Shown: positions 57,095 through 64,000 of the stretch, one piece after another | Numbering within the stretch: position 1 is the first letter of the stretch | How the letters are laid out: every line of letters begins with the position of its first letter | Origin: a bacterium | GTDB lineage: Bacteria; Krumholzibacteriota; Krumholzibacteriia; G020349025 | DNA length: 64,000 bases | Direction: 5' to 3' | NCBI GenBank assembly: GCA_031362565.1 | Contig: JANLSU010000120.1 | Span: 138,872-202,871 of the forward strand | Notes under the pieces: generated by a model | The model's input: only the letters and a program-made list of their open reading frames with translations | What the model was told of the DNA's origin: nothing | Database searches by the model: none | Translations under genes and position numbers: made by a program

Positions 57095-58269
57095 CGCGGC
57101 CGCCGTTCCGTGCCGAGAATGCTGTAGAAGAACGACGAGAACACCGTCTGCACCCCCAGCACCATGAAGGTTCCGGCAACGAGGGCCGGCCGAATCCGCA
57201 CTTCGCCGCCGAAGGAAAATCCGCCCTGAATCCATTCCACCAGGACCTTGATGTCCATCGCCAGACCCAGGAGCGTGAGCACGGTGCCGAGAATCAATCC
57301 CCGCTCGAGATCGAGCGAGCGAAACAACCGTGAGAGCAGCGCATCGCTCATCTCGAAACCTTCGGTCAGGGCGAAAATGCGCGCGAAGAACCCGATGCTG
57401 ACGATGTTGAAGCCCAGCACCATGCAGAGGCTGCCGAGAATCATCCAGTGGTAGTCGAAGAGGATACCGGAGATCGTCAGCGGGCCGCGCGCCGTCAGAA
57501 CCATGAGCGCCGTCCCGATCATGAACAACAACCCGCCTGGGACCAGAAACAAGTAGGTCGGGCTCAGCATGAACATCATCTTCAGATGCCGCCAGCCGTC
57601 GCGGAACGAGCGCAAGTGCGGTTTGCCGGGCCGGCCGCCGACGCCGAGGGTGGTCGGCACCTCGGCGATGCGCAGCCGGCTACGCGCCGCCTTGATGATC
57701 ATCTCGGAGGCGAACTCCATGCCGGTCGTGCGCAGTTGGAGGCCGCGTGCCGCATCGGCAGTGATCGAACGCAGGCCGCAGTGCGCGTCCGAAATGCCGG
57801 CCCGAAACAAGACGTTCAGGACCCCGGTCAAGATCGGAACACCAATCCAGCGATGATGCCACGGCATGGCACCGGGCTCGATGTGACCCTTGAGGCGGGT
57901 TCCCATGACCATGTCGGCGCCTTGGCGCAACGGCCCGATGAAACCCGACAGATCCGAAAAGTCGTACGTGTCGTCCGCATCGCCCATGACCAGAAAGCGG
58001 CCGCGCGCCGCGGCGAATCCTGACAAATACGCTTGGCCGTAGCCGCGCCGTTCTTCACGCACGACGCGCGCCCCGGCAGCCGTCGCCACCTCCGCCGAGC
58101 GGTCGGTGGAGCCGTTGTCGACGACGATCACCTCGCCGGTCGTGCCGAGCTTGCGAATCGCGGCGACCGCCTTGCGGGCGCACGTGCCGACCGTCACCTC
58201 TTCGTTGAGGCACGGAATGACGACCGACACTTCTACTTCGGCGGGGTTCGGCAAGGACACAGGATCCAT
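57091..58269 (-). CDS. GT2 glycosyltransferase (polyprenol-phosphate glycosyltransferase/DPM1-like) with C-terminal TM helices
   Basis: VVIPCLNE, VVDNGSTD, GYG, MGDADDTY, DAHCGLR, GMEFASEM, RDGWRHL. Confidence 0.92.
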   Translation of the reverse strand: MDPVSLPNPAEVEVSVVIPCLNEEVTVGTCARKAVAAIRKLGTTGEVIVVDNGSTDRSAEVATAAGARVVREERRGYGQAYLSGFAAARGRFLVMGDADDTYDFSDLSGFIGPLRQGADMVMGTRLKGHIEPGAMPWHHRWIGVPILTGVLNVLFRAGISDAHCGLRSITADAARGLQLRTTGMEFASEMIIKAARSRLRIAEVPTTLGVGGRPGKPHLRSFRDGWRHLKMMFMLSPTYLFLVPGGLLFMIGTALMVLTARGPLTISGILFDYHWMILGSLCMVLGFNIVSIGFFARIFALTEGFEMSDALLSRLFRSLDLERGLILGTVLTLLGLAMDIKVLVEWIQGGFSFGGEVRIRPALVAGTFMVLGVQTVFSSFFYSILGTERRPR

Positions 58270-58384
58270 TCGGGTGACCTAAGCCCGCAGGGGCACGGCG
58301 CGGGCGGTTCGGCAACTTGGACGCAAGCCGACGCTAACACCCGCCTCTACGGGGCGGCAAGACCCGCCCAGTCGAGCTAGAACG

Positions 58385-60784
58385 TCAGTGCGGCGCTGCG
58401 GCGGTCAACTTGAGTGCCGCGGCATTGTGCGGATCGATCGCCAGGGCCCGCGACACCCAGGTCTGTGCGGCCGCCGCATCGCCGCTCGCCGCATGGGCGC
58501 GCGCCAAATCCACCGCGACACCGGCGTCGTGTGGGTCGAGCTGGAAGGCGTGCTCGAACGACGCAATTGCCGCCGGAAATTGGCCGAGCCGGAATTGCGC
58601 CTTGGCCAAATTGCGGTGCAGCGAGGCGTCGGGCTGTGGAGCGCGTTGAATGGCGCGTTCGAGCCACTGCGCAGAGACGGCGGCATTATCGTGCGCCAGT
58701 TCAGCCATACCCTTCAACGCCATCTTCTGCCAGTCGTCCGGCGCCAGGCGAATTGCGACGTCGGCGTGCCGCACGGCGCTCTCACTATCCCCCGCCTGCA
58801 GCGCCGCGATGCCGGCGCGCCACCGGAGCTCGACGGACTTCGGGTCCTGGGCGATGGCCCGCTCGTAGGACTCGAGTGCTTGCCGGTAGTCGCGCTGCAC
58901 GGCGGCCAGATGCCCGAGCATGGCCCAGCTTGTGAACATGGGGGGACACGCGGCGCGCGCGTCCTCGTAGAAAGGCCGCGCCAAGGCGTTTTGGCCGAGC
59001 AGGAAGAGAATGCGCCCGAGGCGTTCGTACGGCGCCGGACTCGTGACCCGCGATAGGAACCCCGTCGCCGCGTATGCCGTTGGTGGCGGTAGTGCCGTGC
59101 GTGTCTCCGCCAGCCACTGCTGGCCTTGCGTGTCGAGTTGGAGCGCCGGGATTTCCGGCGCCGTATCGTCGCGCAGGAAAAGCGCCGCCTCGGAATCGAG
59201 ATACACCAGGCGCCACCCCGGCTTGTGGGCCATGAACTCGACCAGTTGCGTGATCAGCGTCTCGACGAAGAAGGCCTTCAAATCGTAGCGCTGAATGATG
59301 CCGTTGACCTTTTCAGCTGTGGGCTGCGTCTCGAGCGACAGGCACTCCGACAAGAAATCATTCGGATACACATCACCACGCGGATCGAGGAACACCCGAT
59401 AGCCGCGCGCAATCAAATACGAGCCGCCGGACTCGGTCGTGAAGACCGGTCCCGTGACGCCGGTCCGCGCCAGGAAGTCGGCGGCGCGGCCCGGAAAATA
59501 GTGCGTGTCGATGCCGGTTCCGAAGTGATTGATGGCGTGCTGATGAACGTAGAAACGGTCGGTCACCAGTTGGCGGACTTGAAAGAGCGCGAAACCGGTG
59601 GTCGCGACTGCGAGTGCGAGCCGCCCCGCGGGCAGGAGGCGCGCCAGCACCGGGCGGGTGAAAAGCGGCGCGGCGGCCAAATTGCGCACCACGAACGGGA
59701 TCGCCACGACACAGAAGAGCGGTAGGTTGCGAATGGCGGTCGTCGAGAGATACAACTGCGAGCCGGCGAGCAGCAGCCAAAACACCCGCACGCGCCCCCA
59801 TGCCAGGAGCGCCGAAACCGCCGCCAGGCCGATGAGCACTTCGTAGAATACGACGGCCGTGAAGTGCTGCCCGAATGAAAACGGCGAGCGCAATTCGACG
59901 AACAACATCTTCTGCACCTCGTTGCCGAGCGCCGCCGCTTGGCCGAATGCAAGCCCGAGGACGCGCGGCCCGTACGGATTGATGCACGACGCCAGGAGAG
60001 TGCTGCCGGTCAGAATGGCGGCGGTGCGAAGCCGGCGTGCACGGTCGGGATCCGGGCCGCGGCGGATGCGTCCCTCCAACCACTCCGCAACAAGCCAGGC
60101 GCCGGCAATCGCCGGTCCCAGAATGAACAATCCATGGACGTTGGCCCACAGCACCTGGACGCCCACCAGCACCCACTGCCAACGGCTCGCCCCACGCTGC
60201 AGGCGTTCGATCCCGGCCACGAAGACGATCGCGAAGAGATAGGTCGCGGTTTCGGGTCGCACCACGAGGCGCTGGCTGCAGGCCAGGGCCGCCACCGCGA
60301 CCAGCGCCGCGGTCGAGGCCAGCGTGGCGCGCGTCGCTGCAAGGCGCACCGCGATCCCGAACATCGCCAGCACGGCGAGCGTCTTCAGGATGGTTGCAGC
60401 GCTCGGACCCAACAGGTGCGTCACCTGCCAGAGCATCCAACAATAGGCCCAGCGCACTTCGATGCGCGGTGTGCCGCCGTTGGTAAACGAAAACGCATCC
60501 ACCTTGGGCGGCCCATGCTGCGCGACGGTTTCGCCGGTCTTCCACTGCCACCAATAGTCGACGGAGGCAATCTGTTGGAGGCTCAAACACAGGACCAGAA
60601 GGGCAACGGCACCGAGCGCGACCCAGGTCATCGTTTGGATGCGGCCGTGCCAGGCCTCCGATGCGAACGGTGCGGAATGGAGCCGCCGTCCGGCACCAGC
60701 GCCTGCGAGGTTCGCAGTGCTCTTCGAATGCCGCTCGCGCACCGGTCTGGTTTTCACGCCCCACTCCCTCAATGCACGGAACAT
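58385..60784 (-). CDS. Polytopic membrane protein with C-terminal TPRs (GT-C-like); true start may be 60631
   Basis: DYWWQWKTGE...DAFSFT, RPE, LWANVHG.F, INPYG, RN, FLDPR; many TM helices, then TPRs. Confidence 0.75.
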   Translation of the reverse strand: MFRALREWGVKTRPVRERHSKSTANLAGAGAGRRLHSAPFASEAWHGRIQTMTWVALGAVALLVLCLSLQQIASVDYWWQWKTGETVAQHGPPKVDAFSFTNGGTPRIEVRWAYCWMLWQVTHLLGPSAATILKTLAVLAMFGIAVRLAATRATLASTAALVAVAALACSQRLVVRPETATYLFAIVFVAGIERLQRGASRWQWVLVGVQVLWANVHGLFILGPAIAGAWLVAEWLEGRIRRGPDPDRARRLRTAAILTGSTLLASCINPYGPRVLGLAFGQAAALGNEVQKMLFVELRSPFSFGQHFTAVVFYEVLIGLAAVSALLAWGRVRVFWLLLAGSQLYLSTTAIRNLPLFCVVAIPFVVRNLAAAPLFTRPVLARLLPAGRLALAVATTGFALFQVRQLVTDRFYVHQHAINHFGTGIDTHYFPGRAADFLARTGVTGPVFTTESGGSYLIARGYRVFLDPRGDVYPNDFLSECLSLETQPTAEKVNGIIQRYDLKAFFVETLITQLVEFMAHKPGWRLVYLDSEAALFLRDDTAPEIPALQLDTQGQQWLAETRTALPPPTAYAATGFLSRVTSPAPYERLGRILFLLGQNALARPFYEDARAACPPMFTSWAMLGHLAAVQRDYRQALESYERAIAQDPKSVELRWRAGIAALQAGDSESAVRHADVAIRLAPDDWQKMALKGMAELAHDNAAVSAQWLERAIQRAPQPDASLHRNLAKAQFRLGQFPAAIASFEHAFQLDPHDAGVAVDLARAHAASGDAAAAQTWVSRALAIDPHNAAALKLTAAAPH

Positions 60785-60820
60785 TCCGGGCGCGGATGTG
60801 CCGCCGTCCGACGAATTGCT

Positions 60821-61594
60821 TCAGACCGGATACGCCAGATAGTTGCACGTATCGCCGGCGAACGCCGCCGCAAATTGTTCCCGGTCGAGCGCCGCACCGC
60901 CGGCGAGCCAGGCCTCCGGAAGGGCGATCGCGTAGCCAATTGCGCCGTGCAGGAAATCATGCAGCAGGGCCGGCGTCGTTCCATAGGCTTCGGCGGCACC
61001 GCGGCCATGCTCGAACAGCACGAACGGCCGCCAGCGGCGCAGCGTCTGCTCGGCGCCGCGCAGTACTTGCAGTTCCGCACCTTCGACATCGACTTTCATG
61101 GCGTCGATGCGCAAATCGGCGGGCAGCACCTCGTCCAGGCGCGCCGTTTGCACACGAATCGGCCGCACTTCGATATCGGCGCGCGGATAGGCGCGCCGCC
61201 GCAAGCCGCTGTAGCCTGCATCACCGACCACGTACTGGAATTCGGCCTCGCCGGCGGCATCGTTCGCCGCGATGGCGTGCACCGTGACGCGTGCCCCGAG
61301 TTCGGTGCGCAAGCGCGCCACGGAGGCGGGTACGGGCTCGAAGGCGTGATGCTGCCCGCGCGGCGCATGGCGCAGAACATGCCACAAGAATTCGCCGGTG
61401 CTGGCCCCGACCTCGACCCAGTTCGAATCGGGCCGCAGGATGCGCTTCATGATCTGTACGGTCACAGCGTTATCACGCGCGTTGCGGCCGCTCTCGCGTC
61501 CGACTCGCAGCCGGCGCCACCAAATACGTGCCACGGGCTCGAGGGCGCTGCCCGCCAGGGCCCGTTTGATGGCTGCCTTCACGTCAAGGCTCAT
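60821..61594 (-). CDS. FkbM family methyltransferase
   Basis: EVGASTG, AFEP, RLDEVL, KVDVEGAEL.VLRGA; ATG overlaps the permease stop. Confidence 0.9.
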   Translation of the reverse strand: MSLDVKAAIKRALAGSALEPVARIWWRRLRVGRESGRNARDNAVTVQIMKRILRPDSNWVEVGASTGEFLWHVLRHAPRGQHHAFEPVPASVARLRTELGARVTVHAIAANDAAGEAEFQYVVGDAGYSGLRRRAYPRADIEVRPIRVQTARLDEVLPADLRIDAMKVDVEGAELQVLRGAEQTLRRWRPFVLFEHGRGAAEAYGTTPALLHDFLHGAIGYAIALPEAWLAGGAALDREQFAAAFAGDTCNYLAYPV

Positions 61595-62805
61595 TCGTAT
61601 CGCAAGGCCATGATGGGATCGAGCGAGGCGGCGCGCCGTGCCGGCCAGAGACCGAAGAACAGCCCGACGACGGCGCTGAACCCGAAGGCGAGAAGAATCG
61701 CGACCGGCGAAACGAAGGTGTTCCAGTGCGCCAGTCGCGACAGTAGCACCGCACCGCCCCAACCGAATATGATACCGAGAATCCCGCCCACGAAGCAAAG
61801 CGCCAGCGCTTCGACCAGGAACTGCATGAGGATCGCCGAACGTTTGGCGCCGAGCGCCTTGCGAATGCCGATCTCGCGCGTCCGCTCGGTCACCGACACC
61901 AACATGATGTTCATGATCCCGATACCGCCGACCAACAAGCTCACCGCCGAGATTCCGGCCAGCAAGAAGGTGAACGTTTGCGTCGTCTGCTGGAACGTGG
62001 CCAGCACGTCCGCTTGGCGGCGGATCGAAAAATCGTTGTCGTCGCCGGGCCGGATCTTGTGCTCGCGCCGCAGCACGCGTTCGATCTCGAGCATGGCGAG
62101 ATTGATTTCGTCCAGGGAGGACGCTTCGACCGACATCGTGCGCAAGCGGTCGGTCCCCATGACGCGATACCGTGCCGTCTGCAACGGGATGAGCACCTGC
62201 TCGTCGGGGTTTTGGAACGACCCCGAACCACCCTTCTCGGACAGGATACCCACGACTTCAAACGTCGTGCCCGCGATGCGGAGATCCTGGCCGATCATCG
62301 CCTGGGGATTGGTGTTGAACATTTCAGGAACGGCGGATCCGAGGATGACAACGCGCCGCTGCGCTTCGTCCTCGCCGGTCGTGAAGGCCCGCCCAGCGGT
62401 CAATGTGTAGGACTTCACTTTGAGGTAGTTCGGTGTCGTACCCACGACGTTGATATTGAAGTTCTGGTTGCCGCGCTCGACCTGCATGCTGCGTTGTATT
62501 TCGGGCACGACATTGGAGATGTGGCGGCCGTCCCGTGCCAGTGCCGCGGCATCGTCGAGCGTCAAGCTGACGCGCACATCGGAAGCGACCCGGCCGGAAA
62601 ACATCTGTCCCGGAAAGACACTCAGGAGTGAGGGGCCGAGGGCCTGAATCCGCTCCTCGACCGAACGCTGGGCGCCCGTGCCCAGCGCCACCATGGTGAT
62701 CATGGCACCGACACCGATGATGATGCCGAGCATGGTGAGGAACGACCGCAGTTTGTGAATCAGCACCGATTGCATGGCAACGCGGATGATTTCGCGGAGA
62801 AACAT
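61591..62805 (-). CDS. ABC transporter permease, MacB/FtsX family
   Basis: KLRSFLTMLGIIIGV, GGIGIMNIMLVSVTERTREIGIRKALGA, PARRAASLDPI.ALRYE. Confidence 0.95.
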   Translation of the reverse strand: MFLREIIRVAMQSVLIHKLRSFLTMLGIIIGVGAMITMVALGTGAQRSVEERIQALGPSLLSVFPGQMFSGRVASDVRVSLTLDDAAALARDGRHISNVVPEIQRSMQVERGNQNFNINVVGTTPNYLKVKSYTLTAGRAFTTGEDEAQRRVVILGSAVPEMFNTNPQAMIGQDLRIAGTTFEVVGILSEKGGSGSFQNPDEQVLIPLQTARYRVMGTDRLRTMSVEASSLDEINLAMLEIERVLRREHKIRPGDDNDFSIRRQADVLATFQQTTQTFTFLLAGISAVSLLVGGIGIMNIMLVSVTERTREIGIRKALGAKRSAILMQFLVEALALCFVGGILGIIFGWGGAVLLSRLAHWNTFVSPVAILLAFGFSAVVGLFFGLWPARRAASLDPIMALRYE

Positions 62806-62817
62806 CGGAGCACCTCG

Positions 62818-64000
62818 CTAACGCGATGTCGGACGCTGCGCACCGGCCGCCGGAGCACTGGTCGTGCCGGTCGACGTCGTTGGACGCTGTTGCGTACCGG
62901 GCAGGCCGCTGCCGCCCTGCATGCGCTGCATCCGGTCGCGGAATTCCTTTTGGCCATTGACGAGCGAAGCGCTGGGCAGGACGAGCACCGTGTCCTGTTC
63001 CGTGAGGCCGCGCGTGACTTCGATTTGATCCTGATCGGTGAGCCCGGTTTCGATCTCGACCGGCGTGGGCCTGCCGGCGCGCAACGCGAAGACGATGAAC
63101 GAGCCGCCGAAGGTGTTGGAGCGCATGCCGCCGCGACTGCCACCGCCACCACCGTCCATTCCGCCACCGCCACCCATGCCACCGCGCCCACCACCCATCG
63201 AGCTGAAAACGCGCCGCAGGAGTGCTTGCTCGGCGGGCGAGAGATCGCCGCCCGAGCGCCGCTTCTGCATCGCCGCTTGCACGTCCTCGGCTTTGACGCC
63301 GTCGGGCAGAGCCACCTCGCGGCCATCGCGCATGGTGATCGTGTTCCCCGCCTTCGCCGCCCCTCCCGCCGCAGCGCCCGCGTCGGGGCGTCCCGCTGCC
63401 GCGGTGCGCTCGTCGCCCTTGCCGGCGCTGTCGGACGCCGCAGCCCGTTTTGCCGTCGCCTGGCGCGAGGCTGCGAGTTCGGCCTGCACCCCCTGCGGAT
63501 CGAGCCCGAGCACCTGCGCCGCGGACGCCACATCGCGTTGGGTTCGCAACGCTGCATTCGGCACCGTGATGACGTTTTGGCGCGCGCCGACCGCGAGTTC
63601 GACTTCGGCGTTCATCCCGGGACGCAGCAAGTGTCCAGGGTTCTCGATGCCGATCAACACCGGGAACATCGTGACGTTTTGTTGCACGATGGCTTGTGGT
63701 TCGATCTTGAGGACACGGCCGTGAAACGTCCGGTTGCTGTACGCGTCGACCCGAACGCTCGCGTCCGGCCCTGCCTGCACCTTGCCGATATCGGTTTCGT
63801 CGACCAGCGCCCGGACTTGCATCGTGTCGAGGTTCGCCATGCGAAACAAGACGCTGCCGCCCCCAACATCTTTCGTCGGGCTCGAGATGACCGTACCGAG
63901 TTCGGCACTCTTCACCAGAATGGTCCCGCGCATCGGTGACTTGACCGACGTGTCTTCCATTTGGTCGTTGGCGCTCTCGAGATCGCTCGCGGCACGCACC
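62818..64000 (-). CDS. Efflux periplasmic adaptor subunit (MacA-like), 5'-truncated by the window edge
   Basis: VKSPMRGTI, VDETDIGKV, LRPGMNA, VPNAAL, ETGLTD...EV..GL. Confidence 0.9.
   Translation of the reverse strand, partial: VRAASDLESANDQMEDTSVKSPMRGTILVKSAELGTVISSPTKDVGGGSVLFRMANLDTMQVRALVDETDIGKVQAGPDASVRVDAYSNRTFHGRVLKIEPQAIVQQNVTMFPVLIGIENPGHLLRPGMNAEVELAVGARQNVITVPNAALRTQRDVASAAQVLGLDPQGVQAELAASRQATAKRAAASDSAGKGDERTAAAGRPDAGAAAGGAAKAGNTITMRDGREVALPDGVKAEDVQAAMQKRRSGGDLSPAEQALLRRVFSSMGGGRGGMGGGGGMDGGGGGSRGGMRSNTFGGSFIVFALRAGRPTPVEIETGLTDQDQIEVTRGLTEQDTVLVLPSASLVNGQKEFRDRMQRMQGGSGLPGTQQRPTTSTGTTSAPAAGAQRPTSR

Noticed and set aside
1..64000. tRNA, tmRNA, transposase, integrase or phage structural genes
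   Set aside because: No T-loop in a cloverleaf context and no DDE, tyrosine/serine recombinase or phage motifs were seen by eye; a covariance-model scan would be needed to exclude small RNAs fully.

Overview
A 64 kb stretch of GC-rich bacterial chromosome. Four secreted proteins end in FlgD-Ig/T9SS-like C-terminal domains and one ends in a short 'SWxxxKxxYR' tail, which suggests an FCB-group candidate phylum such as Krumholzibacteriota, Latescibacterota or Eisenbacteria (inference only). Housekeeping genes are sppA (5'-truncated), efp with an unusual PGNWRG loop, a tldD/pmbA pair (TldD has a Tat-like leader), folE plus an SDR, a POT peptide transporter, an S9 peptidase and a MacA/MacB-like pair (MacA cut by the window edge). 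Accessory content includes two AAA+/DUF4143 ATPase genes, each preceded by palindromes; a kinase/sigma54-activator pair followed by a sigma54 promoter and three stand-alone receiver proteins; a 12.5 kb three-gene locus of giant secreted Ig/FN3-repeat proteins; a beta-propeller/amidase island with one in-frame TGA; and a glycosylation/methylation cluster. The most unusual non-coding signal is a structured element at about 8396-8672 (minus strand). It carries a 13-nt complement to the 16S rRNA 3' end, a 14-codon ORF, a fold-back that could hide the ribosome-binding site, and a terminator. I saw no rRNA, tRNA, CRISPR array, integrase or transposase. All calls come from motif reading; no searches were run.
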